Below are positions 15,306 to 23,180 of a stretch of DNA of 24,000 nucleotides, piece after piece; the first letter of the stretch is position 1, and each line of letters begins with the position of its first letter. This DNA is from Bacillota bacterium. GTDB lineage: Bacteria; Bacillota; Clostridia; Christensenellales; Aristaeellaceae. Made by a program: the position numbers and the translations under genes. The stretch covers positions 35,967 to 59,966 of the forward strand of contig JAEZHM010000088.1 of the NCBI GenBank assembly GCA_023416585.1, written 5' to 3'. The notes below the pieces were generated by a model. The model saw nothing but the letters and a program-made list of their open reading frames with translations. It made no database searches and was not told the DNA's origin.

Positions 15306-16160
15306 TCATCCCGCGAACCGCGCCCCTTTAGGACCCTGCACGCCAACATCCGCATAAAACACACCGCCGGCATGCGGCGCATCATCGTCCTCCGTTGCAC
15401 TGGTGATATAAAGTGTCCTCATGTCCGGTCCGCCGAAGCAGCAGGACGTTGTGTAGCGCACGGGCACATCCACCCGCGCCAACTGGCTGCCATCCCGCGG
15501 ATCATAGCGTCCGACACAGCCGCCGCCCCAGTGTGCAATCCACAGCATTCCCTCGTTATCAATCGCCATGCCGTCGGGGAAACCATCATTTCCGGAAAAG
15601 GTCACGGCGACACGGCTTGCGCCGAGCGCACCGGTCGCTTCATCGTACGCGAAGGCGCGCACGCATCGATCGCCCGTGTCGATGTAATACATTGTTCTAG
15701 CATCCGCAGAAAAAGCCAGACCATTGGAGCAAGTGACACCAGTCAGCATGGCCTGCACACTGCCATCCACATCCAGACAAAAAAGCGTGCCCAAGTTGCG
15801 TTCGCCGGGGAACAGGTTCATGGTGCCTGCAATGAAACGCCCTTTGGGGTCGCACTTTCCGTCGTTAAAGCGCACGCGTGCCGACAAGGGATCCGGCCGC
15901 GCCGCCGCAACAAACGCGCCGTCTGCTCCATAGTGGTAGAACCCTGTGGTCAGCGCTGCGACGAATCCGCCTTGCTCGCGCAGCGCCATCGCACCTACAC
16001 ACTGGCCTAACATCCACACACGGTGCATGCCGGTCTTAATCTGCCTTGCGTGTACCTGACAGCGCGTGATATCCACCCAGTACAGGGTACCTTCGCGTTC
16101 ATCCCAAACCGGGCCTTCGCCAAGCGCGCAGTGTGCGTCAAGGAACAGTTCTGCAAGCAT
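15306..16160 (-). CDS. SMP-30/gluconolactonase/LRE-family sugar lactonase
   Basis: Track ORF 15306..16217, trimmed to ATG 16160 (GGGGGAGG 8 nt upstream). Motifs: 'LGEGPVWDEREGTLYWVDI', 'RFNDGKCDPKGRFIAGTM', 'SNGLAFSADARTMYYIDT', 'PDGMAIDNEGMLWIAHWGG' and 'CCFGGPDMRTLYITSA'. Confidence 0.88.
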   Translation of the reverse strand: MLAELFLDAHCALGEGPVWDEREGTLYWVDITRCQVHARQIKTGMHRVWMLGQCVGAMALREQGGFVAALTTGFYHYGADGAFVAAARPDPLSARVRFNDGKCDPKGRFIAGTMNLFPGERNLGTLFCLDVDGSVQAMLTGVTCSNGLAFSADARTMYYIDTGDRCVRAFAYDEATGALGASRVAVTFSGNDGFPDGMAIDNEGMLWIAHWGGGCVGRYDPRDGSQLARVDVPVRYTTSCCFGGPDMRTLYITSATEDDDAPHAGGVFYADVGVQGPKGARFAG

Positions 16161-16276
16161 CAAAATGCCTCCCCCGATTTTCCTCTTTAAGTACATAGAT
16201 TGTACGTTGCCGGGCAATGAATTGCAACTGTTTCCTGATACTGCAGCTTATATTACATTTTTATAAGGAGGATCCT

Positions 16277-17188
16277 GTGAAAAGATTTCGGGGAATCTAC
16301 GCCATTTTGACCACACCCTTTCGAGAGGATTTGAGTTTGGACGAGCCAAGCCTTAAGCGCATGGTGAACTTCTGTGTGGCTGCCGGCAGCCATGGCATCG
16401 TGGTGCCGGTCAACGCCAGCGAGTACACGTCGCTCAGCGACGAAGAGCGCAAGACACTTGTGCGCTGGGCGGTGGAAACATGTGCAGGACGCATCCCCGT
16501 AATCGCTGGCGTAGCCGGAGTATCTATCCCTGTGGCGGTAGACTTCGCACGCCATGCGCGCCAGGCAGGCGCGGACGGAGTCATCGCCATGCCGCCTTAT
16601 ATCAACAAGGCATCGCGCCCTGAGCGGCTGGAGTACTATCAGCGTATCGCCGAGGCCGCTGATCTGCCGGTTTTCATCCAAAACTATAACGAGCCCATCG
16701 GCACAGCGCTGAGTGCCGAGGAGTGTGTGGACATTGTACAAAAGGTGGAGCATGTGCGGTACATAAAAGAAGAGACGACCTTCTCCAGTCACACGCTTAC
16801 TAAGATCGAGGAACTCGCCGTGCCGTTGCCATCCGGAAAATATCTGGGAACCATGGGCGGAAAGGCTGGCAAATACCTGATTGATGAGTACCGCAGGGGC
16901 TGTTGCGGCAACATGCCTGCCTGCGAAGTGGTGGACATCCAGGTGCGCATCTGGAATCTGTTGGAGCAGGGCCGCGAAGCCGAGGCCGCGGCTGTTTTCA
17001 ACCGCGTGTTGCCGCTGCTCAACTTTGAGGCCATGTATGGCTCGGCCCTCTACAAGGCACTGCTCAAGCGCCGGGGCATCATCGACTGTGCGCGCGTACG
17101 CCAGATGGGCGGACGCAATCTTGATACGTTGGATTTGGTAGAGCTTGATCGCATCTACGCGGAGATCGAATCTCTTTTCACCGTATAA
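16277..17188 (+). CDS. DHDPS/N-acetylneuraminate-lyase-family enzyme (probable 2-keto-3-deoxy-sugar-acid aldolase or dehydratase)
   Basis: Track ORF 16217..17188, trimmed to GTG 16277 (AAGGAGG 6 nt upstream). Blocks: 'GIYAILTTPFRED.SLD', 'SLSDEERKTLV', 'IPVIAGVAG', 'ADGVIAMPPY', and a Schiff-base-type Lys context 'VRYIKEET'. Confidence 0.82.
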   Translation: MKRFRGIYAILTTPFREDLSLDEPSLKRMVNFCVAAGSHGIVVPVNASEYTSLSDEERKTLVRWAVETCAGRIPVIAGVAGVSIPVAVDFARHARQAGADGVIAMPPYINKASRPERLEYYQRIAEAADLPVFIQNYNEPIGTALSAEECVDIVQKVEHVRYIKEETTFSSHTLTKIEELAVPLPSGKYLGTMGGKAGKYLIDEYRRGCCGNMPACEVVDIQVRIWNLLEQGREAEAAAVFNRVLPLLNFEAMYGSALYKALLKRRGIIDCARVRQMGGRNLDTLDLVELDRIYAEIESLFTV

Positions 17189-17210
17189 TCCGCTGCATGC
17201 AGGAGGAACC

Positions 17211-18362
17211 ATGAAAATTACCGATATTCGCACCTTTATCGTGGGAAATCCGTGGAAGAATTGGCTGTTCGTGAAGGTCTATACAGATGTGGGGATTGAA
17301 GGCTTGGGCGAGGCCACCTCAGGATTGTCCACCAAACCGGTGGAGGCAGCACTGCACGAAATGAAGCATCTGGCCATTGGGGAGGACCCGCGGGACATCC
17401 CGCGCCTGATGGACAAGCTGTACCGCGCGCTTTTTCTGGCCGAGGACAGCATCAACCAGCACGCTTTCTCCGGGCTCAATATCGCTTGCTGGGATATTTT
17501 GGGCAAGTCTGCGGGATTACCGTTGTACCGGCTGCTTGGCGGAAAGGTGCGTGACGCGCTCCGCGCGTATGCCAATGGTTGGTATCAAGGGCCGAGCGAT
17601 CCTGTCTTCTTTGCCAAGCGCGCTAAAGAAGTTGCCCAGATTGGCTACACCGCACTGAAGTTTGATCCCTTTGGGAACTCCTATCAGAATCTGAGCGGCC
17701 CAGAGATCGGCAGAGCGATAGAAAACGTTGCGGCCGTACGCGAGGCCGTAGGCCCAAATGTGGATATCCTCATTGAGGCACACGACCGTTTCAGTTACAC
17801 CACCGCCGTTGAGGTTGGCCACCGTCTTGAGCCCTACCGGCCAATGTGGTATGAAACGCCTTGCATGTCCAACGATATCGATATGACGTGCGAGGTCGCA
17901 AGACAGGTACCCGTACCGGTGGCTGCCGGCGAACGCTATACAACGCTGCGCCAGCAGAGGGCGCTGCTCGCAGGCGGCGTGGGCATTATTCAACCGGAGA
18001 CGCTCAGCATGGGCGGCATCAGCGGTACCCTGGATACCGCCGCACTGGCCCGCGCATATGGCGCGTGGGTTGCTCCTCACTGCGCGCAGAGCCCGCTGAC
18101 CACGGCCATCAATGTGCACATCGGTCTTAGCACACCCAACGTGTTGATTCAAGAGTGTTTTGACGAGTTTCATATTGATTGGGCCAAACAGGTACTTGCC
18201 GGTTGTCCTATTGTAAAGAATGGGTACCTGTACTTGGAAAACGAAAATCCAGGGCATGGCGTCACGCTGGATGAGAATGCGTGTCAAGCGCATCCGTATA
18301 GTCCTCACAATTTCCTTCGGTTGTTTGACGAGGGCTGGGAAAAGCGGAGGATTTCCGAATGA
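17211..18362 (+). CDS. Enolase-superfamily (mandelate racemase/muconate-lactonizing type) sugar-acid dehydratase
   Basis: Track ORF 17145..18362, trimmed to ATG 17211 (AGGAGG 4 nt upstream). 'MKITDIRTFIVGNPWKNWLFVKVYTDVGIEGLGEAT' is the classic galactonate/mannonate-dehydratase-like N-terminus. Metal-ligand contexts are 'ILIEAHDRF', 'WYETPC' and 'AAGERY'. Confidence 0.88.
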   Translation: MKITDIRTFIVGNPWKNWLFVKVYTDVGIEGLGEATSGLSTKPVEAALHEMKHLAIGEDPRDIPRLMDKLYRALFLAEDSINQHAFSGLNIACWDILGKSAGLPLYRLLGGKVRDALRAYANGWYQGPSDPVFFAKRAKEVAQIGYTALKFDPFGNSYQNLSGPEIGRAIENVAAVREAVGPNVDILIEAHDRFSYTTAVEVGHRLEPYRPMWYETPCMSNDIDMTCEVARQVPVPVAAGERYTTLRQQRALLAGGVGIIQPETLSMGGISGTLDTAALARAYGAWVAPHCAQSPLTTAINVHIGLSTPNVLIQECFDEFHIDWAKQVLAGCPIVKNGYLYLENENPGHGVTLDENACQAHPYSPHNFLRLFDEGWEKRRISE

Positions 18363-19150
18363 ATGATGGTGGGTATGCCGGCATGGACCGACTCAGGGAT
18401 AAAGTTGTGCTGGTCACGGGGGCCACACGTGGCATCGGCCGTGGCATCGCAGAGTTTCTTGCAGGCGAGGGCGCACGCGTCGTGGTATCGGGCCGCAATG
18501 AGATCGAAGGTAACACAGTAGTGGCTGATATCCGTTCAGCCGGCGGAGAAGCGCTTTTCGTGCGTGCGGATATCAGCCTGCATAGCGATGCAATTCGCTT
18601 AATCGACGAGTCCGCAGCCTGGTACGGCCGCTTGGATGGCTTAGTCAACAACGCCGGCGTATTTCCCTATGCCGCGTTACTGGATGTCACAGAGGCTGAC
18701 TTTGACACCATCTTTGCAGTCAACGTAAAGGGAGCGTTCTTCTGTACGCAGCAAGCCGTGCGCTTCATGCGGCTTAAGGGGGGTGGATCCATCGTCAACA
18801 TCGGCTCCACACACTGGGAAGCCGGCAACGAACGGTTACCTGCCTATGCCTGTTCAAAGGGCGCGCTGCACACGTTGACGCACCATGTAGCGCATCATTT
18901 CGCCCCCTACGGAATCCGCTGCAATTGGATCACGGTGGGATGGGTGGTCACACAAGGCGAGTTAGCACGCGTTCAGGCTGAGGGACACGATCTGTCTTGG
19001 CTTGAGGATAACGCAGCTGGGCGCATCCCCTCGGGAAAGTTTCAGACACCTGAGGACATGGGGCGTGCCTGTGTGTTTTTTCTCAGTGATGAGAGCCTGC
19101 AGGTGACCGGCACCGACATGGAGGTCAACGGTGGTTTTCGTCCATTTTGA
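18359..19150 (+). CDS. SDR-family oxidoreductase (candidate sugar 1-dehydrogenase or keto-deoxy-acid dehydrogenase)
   Basis: The ATG overlaps the upstream stop (ATGA), with GGAGGA 7 nt upstream. Motifs: 'VTGATRGIGRGIA' (TGxxxGxG), 'NNAGV' and 'YACSKGAL' (YxxxK). Confidence 0.9.
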   Translation: MNDGGYAGMDRLRDKVVLVTGATRGIGRGIAEFLAGEGARVVVSGRNEIEGNTVVADIRSAGGEALFVRADISLHSDAIRLIDESAAWYGRLDGLVNNAGVFPYAALLDVTEADFDTIFAVNVKGAFFCTQQAVRFMRLKGGGSIVNIGSTHWEAGNERLPAYACSKGALHTLTHHVAHHFAPYGIRCNWITVGWVVTQGELARVQAEGHDLSWLEDNAAGRIPSGKFQTPEDMGRACVFFLSDESLQVTGTDMEVNGGFRPF

Positions 19151-19291
19151 AGCCAGCTGGCCGGCACAATGCTGCCTTGCGAAAGGCTAACGCAAATAGT
19201 ATCGGAAGGAGGAGACAAATAATCGCACGAGCATGGGTATTACAGTACGAAATTCATTGTGAGAAAATCAATTGGCATGGGAGGATGCGTT

Positions 19292-20773
19292 ATGAGCAAT
19301 TTATCTACACTTCCGGAGCTTCGGGAACTAAACGGGCATAAAGCATTATATGTGGATGGAAAGCCCTTTCTCATGCTGGGACTGCAATGGGACTGCGATT
19401 CTTGTTACAACGCGGATACGATGATTGGGCTGATGGCGCATGCACGGCGCATGGGTTGCAATATGGCGTCCCTGCTCTTGGCGTGGCGCTGCATTGAGCC
19501 GGTGGAAGGTCAGTTTGACTTTTCTATTCTGGAGGCTATGCTTCGCGGTGCGCGTGAACATGACCTGCGAATCGTACTTGTGTGGTTTGGCACGTATAAG
19601 AATGCCTGTCTTAACTATGCGCCTGATTGGGTGCGCGATGACCAACAACGCTTTCGCCGCGCGGTGGATGCTAATGGTCGGGTGCTTCATAATTTCGCAT
19701 GTTATAACTGCCAGGAAACCATGGTTCGCGACTCAGATGCCGTGTGCGCAGTGTTTGAGTATCTGAAGCAGCATGACACCGATCACCGCGTGATTCTGTT
19801 TCAGGTCAACAACGAGACGGGATTGCTTGGCACGGCGCGCTGTCACTGCGACAAGTGCAATGCCATGTTCGAGGAGCAGGATTTTTCCGCACGATATGGC
19901 GACAGGGCAGACGAGGCTTTCAGTGCCACGAGAATCTTGATTTTCAACGAGTACATTGCGGAACGTGCTAAAAAGGTTCTGCCGCTGCCCTGTTACATGA
20001 ATGCCTGGCTTGTAGGGTTAGCGCCCGGACAGCGCCCCGGCACGTATCCATCGGGTGGCCCGGTGCATACGGTGCTTGATATCTATCGCGCCGGGATGCA
20101 CTATGTAGATTTCGTCGCGCCGGATGTGTACGACACGGGCTACAAAAACCTTCAGCGCCGATGCAAAGAATACACTTTCCCTAATAACCTGCTTTTCATC
20201 GCCGAACACGCATCCGGAGAAGGCTGCCGTGCAGAACTGAACGTATATTACGCCATTGGCCAGCATGGTGCTATCGGCTTTGACCCGTGGGCCATTGACT
20301 GCGCTCCGGGCACAGGAGAGCCGTTGGTTGACCGTGTGAGCGGGCGTTGGAGCGAAGAGGCATACGAGCTTTTATACAGCTACGCACCCATCCGTAACGC
20401 AATGGTGCCCATTGCCCTGCGCCAGCATACAAATGCGCTGCGTCATTGGGTGCAGGAGTCGGGCGACTATGAGGATTTACTGGACTTTGAGGATGCGCGC
20501 GTGTGTGTGCAATACCCGAAGCATCGCAACAGCCGAGGGCTCGTGCTGCGGATGGATGCAAAACATTATGTGGTTGTCGGCTGCCGTGCCAATGTTCAGT
20601 TTTGCGACCTCAAGGGTAAAGAGTTGCCTTTGCGCAGCGTGCAGCAGGGCTGGTTTGAAGGCGAAACCTTTGTGGCGGAACGCCGTACACGCCGTGAACG
20701 TGAGGATAAAACCATGCCTTTCCGTTTGCAGGATCCAGGCGTATACATGGTTGAACTAGACACCAATGCTTAA
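19292..20773 (+). CDS. Clan GH-A TIM-barrel glycoside hydrolase (GH35/GH42-like beta-galactosidase-type with a C-terminal beta-domain), cytoplasmic
   Basis: Track ORF 19259..20773, trimmed to ATG 19292 (GGGAGGA 6 nt upstream). 'WRCIEPVEGQFDFSILEAMLRGAREHDLRIVLVWFGTYKNACLNYAPDWV' and the acid/base 'FQVNNETG' (NE motif) match the GH35-like/DUF5597-type family as I recall it. No signal peptide. Confidence 0.65.
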   Translation: MSNLSTLPELRELNGHKALYVDGKPFLMLGLQWDCDSCYNADTMIGLMAHARRMGCNMASLLLAWRCIEPVEGQFDFSILEAMLRGAREHDLRIVLVWFGTYKNACLNYAPDWVRDDQQRFRRAVDANGRVLHNFACYNCQETMVRDSDAVCAVFEYLKQHDTDHRVILFQVNNETGLLGTARCHCDKCNAMFEEQDFSARYGDRADEAFSATRILIFNEYIAERAKKVLPLPCYMNAWLVGLAPGQRPGTYPSGGPVHTVLDIYRAGMHYVDFVAPDVYDTGYKNLQRRCKEYTFPNNLLFIAEHASGEGCRAELNVYYAIGQHGAIGFDPWAIDCAPGTGEPLVDRVSGRWSEEAYELLYSYAPIRNAMVPIALRQHTNALRHWVQESGDYEDLLDFEDARVCVQYPKHRNSRGLVLRMDAKHYVVVGCRANVQFCDLKGKELPLRSVQQGWFEGETFVAERRTRREREDKTMPFRLQDPGVYMVELDTNA

Positions 20774-20803
20774 TAAATCCATGAACAAAAGGAGTTTGAA
20801 CAC

Positions 20804-21691
20804 ATGCCGAATATTGAACGCGAATACTTCACACATGACGAGATACAGCAACGCCCAAACAAACGTTACTTCACCGAAGACCGACATCAGATTCACTACC
20901 ACTTTCGCCCCGCGCGGCCAGCTAACCTATGCATAACGCGCGATCCGGTGTCCGGTGAGGTCAATGTGTCTGCGGGCACAATCGGCCCATTGACCTGGAG
21001 CCCGTATACCATGTGTCTGCATATCCAAATAAATGGCAGCCGTCATACGTATGATAATCTCATTGCAAACAAGGAATGCGTGATTGGGCTGCCAGGGCGA
21101 GACATCGTAGACGAGACCTGGTTCACCGCCCTGCCGCTGCCCCGCGGCGTGGAAGAGGCCGCTGTGGCAGGCCTTCACTATTGCGAATCTAAGCAAATCA
21201 ATGTCCCCGGTATCCTCGAGTGCCCGGTGAACTTTGAGTGCGTAGTCGAGCACCACATTGACTACTATACGCATGGTATCTTCTTTATACGTGTATTGGG
21301 GGCGAGCATCGATACGCGCGTGCTTAAAATGCAGCGTGAGGAAGTCGTGAACTGGTTCCCGACCTATGAGGTGGACGACATCACCAACGAGTTTGGCGGC
21401 AGTGTGGAGCGTTTGGGCGTGATGGGAGAATTGTTTTCATGTCCTGCCTATCCGCGTGCTTCCAAGCATGGCTGGTATCAATCGTATGAGGTGTGGATGC
21501 GGGATTTGCGTGACGGAGACTATCTTACAGATGCAGAATGCGAGCGTGCTATCCAGAGAAAACAGGAATACGACGCGCTGTTTACGGACCTTAAGAACCC
21601 ACGCCGCGCAGAATTGCGTCAGAATATTACCGACATGACCAACGCTTTGGTGCGTCTGGATTGGGAACGGGTGCACGCAATACTCGCATGA
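20804..21691 (+). CDS. Flavin-reductase-like (FMN-binding split-barrel) domain protein with a ~110-aa C-terminal extension
   Basis: AAGGAG 8 nt upstream. The core 'PANLCITRDPVSGEVNVSAG...WSPYTMCLHIQINGSRHTYDNLIANKECVIGLPG...GLHYCESKQINVPGILECPVNFECVVEH...THGIFFIRVLGASID' follows the pattern of the anaerobe flavin-reductase-like domain. I do not recognise the C-terminal part. Confidence 0.5.
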   Translation: MPNIEREYFTHDEIQQRPNKRYFTEDRHQIHYHFRPARPANLCITRDPVSGEVNVSAGTIGPLTWSPYTMCLHIQINGSRHTYDNLIANKECVIGLPGRDIVDETWFTALPLPRGVEEAAVAGLHYCESKQINVPGILECPVNFECVVEHHIDYYTHGIFFIRVLGASIDTRVLKMQREEVVNWFPTYEVDDITNEFGGSVERLGVMGELFSCPAYPRASKHGWYQSYEVWMRDLRDGDYLTDAECERAIQRKQEYDALFTDLKNPRRAELRQNITDMTNALVRLDWERVHAILA

Positions 21692-21912
21692 GATAAGAAT
21701 TGCTCGCAAAAAAATGGTATGATATATCTTATAAATCTGGAGCAGTTATCTTGTTAGTGGATTGCTTTATCGTTATTGGCGGTGCATCTTCCACAGGAGC
21801 GAAAGATGGCGCAGGTATAGCCGTTTTTCTTGCGGCGGATCATGTGGAATACGGTATAGCCATCAGAGCAGCGGGCTACACAATACCGAGATATTGGTTT
21901 TCAGGAAAATGG

Positions 21913-21941
21913 GCAGCCGGAGGCAACCCTCCGGCTGCTTT
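21913..21941 (+). terminator. Strong hairpin, the likely end of the sugar operon (could act in either direction)
   Basis: A perfect 11-bp stem, GCAGCCGGAGG (21913-21923) / CCTCCGGCTGC (21928-21938), with loop CAAC, then TTTCC. On the minus strand it is followed by CCATTTTCC. Confidence 0.5.
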
Positions 21942-22039
21942 CCAAGAATTGAAATGCTTATCAGCTTTCATAAATCCAGGCGGATTTTTAGCTTAGGGGC
22001 ATTCTTGCCGGCGATTCACAAAATTCCAATCGGCGGAGC

Positions 22040-22651
22040 GTTTATGAAAAACATTCATTCTGCCATAACGAAGCGTTATTGTACGAAAGGATCAAGTAGC
22101 ATGATCCCCTGCTATTTGAACAAATCAAGCAGCAGGTCAGGGAAGGTACCTTTCATATTATGGGCGGCTGGTACCTTCAGCCAGATTGCAATATGCCTAG
22201 CGGCGAATCCATCGTCCGCAATATTCTGACGGGACGAACCTTCTTTGAAAAGGAGTTTAATTCATGTCCCACCTCAGCCATCAATTTTGATTCTTTTGGT
22301 CACTCCCGGGGTCTGGTACAGATACTCAACCAGGCTGGGTATGACAGCTATGTTGTCTGCCGCCCGGGCAAGTGCCATTATGACTTTGGCGTAGGCAGCC
22401 CCCATACGCCTGAAGGGTATATATGGCCCATCGCCCTGTGTGTGCAGGCCATGACCAGCACGGATGTGCATGAGACCGCTGCTCTTGCAAAAGCGCCATT
22501 AAATACCCATGCCGGCACCGGCTTCATGCACGAAAGCTTTAACCCCAATGATCCCACTCAATTTACCCGTTCCTGGTTTGCCTGGGCCAACTCCATGTTT
22601 GGAGAACTGATGTACCGGCTGTATGAATATGGAATATCAATGAAGTTTTGA
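22040..22651 (+). pseudogene. Chimeric alpha-mannosidase remnant: an internal GH38 N-domain fragment fused to the C-terminal ~90 aa of a GH125-type enzyme
   Basis: One frame reads YEKHSFCHNEALLYERIK-TAG(22097-22099)-HDPLLFEQIKQQVREGTFHIMGGWYLQPDCNMPSGESIVRNILTGRTFFEKEFNSCPTSAINFDSFGHSRGLVQILNQAGYDSYVVCRP. This is the GH38 pattern 'GGMWVE.DCN.PSGESLVRQ...PD.FG.S..LPQIL'. From about 22388 it switches to GVGSPHTPEGYIWPIALCVQAMTS...HAGTGFMHESFNPNDPTQFTRSWFAWANSMFGEL, the GH125 C-terminal pattern. The GH38 start, its catalytic region and nearly all of GH125 are missing. Confidence 0.75.
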
Positions 22652-23180
22652 AATTGGCTTATTGTCAAAATCATAACTGATATTGGAATGACTTAAGAAT
22701 CTTCTTTCTAAAACGGTCTTTCCAAAATTGTGTCCTCAGCTGATACATTAAGTATCTGGGAATAAGCTTCAGACGGTTTATTGCTGAGTGTACAAATACG
22801 GTGGCATAGAAGTCAGTGAAGCCAAGAGACTCGCTTCTCAATGCCAGGAATTCGTAAAAGCGGTCCGATAACATAAATAGATACATAGCAAGAGATTCCA
22901 TTACTTGTGGGGCCACAACACTCTTGCTGTTGGACGTTCTGTTTGGGAACAATAAGCAAAGTGATGTATATCGTTGATGAGGAGTTGAATTTATGAGCGG
23001 CTATTTCCTAATAATCGATGGAGGAACTATTGATCAGGTGGCAGGTTTCAGAGGTTTAACCATCATGGATGCATTCGGATCTGGTTTGTTCATTTTCTCG
23101 CACTTTTAATTACTTAAACACACAATGTTAAGTCAAAATCGTATTTACAATTATTTATGACTATATCTGGAGGTATTGTT

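Noticed and set aside
16253-17233. 326-aa minus-strand ORF covering the whole DHDPS-family gene. Similar long antisense ORFs occur at 17517..18308 (minus), 15300..16010 (plus), 18262..18651 (minus), 3982..4461 and 4502..4987 (minus), 10941..11489 (minus) and 23457..23927 (minus).
   Set aside because: These are shadow ORFs typical of high-GC coding DNA. Their composition is Arg/His/Ala/Gly-rich and low in complexity. They have no SD and no recognisable motifs. Each lies exactly opposite a gene with clear family signatures.
19204-19262. Very strong orphan SD GGAAGGAGGAG (19204-19214) in the 140-nt SDR/GH gap, and a 9-codon ORF (MGITVRNSL) starting at 19233.
   Set aside because: The nearest start codon is 18 nt away, which is too far. 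The ORF is tiny and unremarkable. The real GH start at 19292 has its own SD.
21754-21843. 29-codon minus-strand ORF MIRRKKNGYTCAIFRSCGRCTANNDKAIH. An upstream in-frame CVARC gives a CxxC...CxxC zinc-ribbon look.
   Set aside because: The first CxxC lies before any usable start codon, and a TGA is just upstream. There is no SD. It sits in visibly decayed DNA, so it is most likely a gene remnant or chance.
22671-22952. 93-aa minus-strand ORF (TTG start) MFPNRTSNSK...FWKDRFRKKILKSFQYQL. I wondered whether it is a transposase or IS remnant at the rearrangement junction.
   Set aside because: I cannot match it to any family from memory. It has a non-ATG start without an SD, and I saw no terminal inverted repeats. 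I left it unannotated; BLASTP/BLASTX would settle it.
22993-23109. 38-codon plus-strand ORF MSGYFLIIDGGTIDQVAGFRGLTIMDAFGSGLFIFSHF with GAGGAG 8 nt upstream.
   Set aside because: 'GYFLIIDGG' resembles the C-terminal strand of SDR enzymes, so it may be a leftover 3' fragment of a deleted gene rather than a functional micro-protein. I cannot distinguish these without homolog searches.
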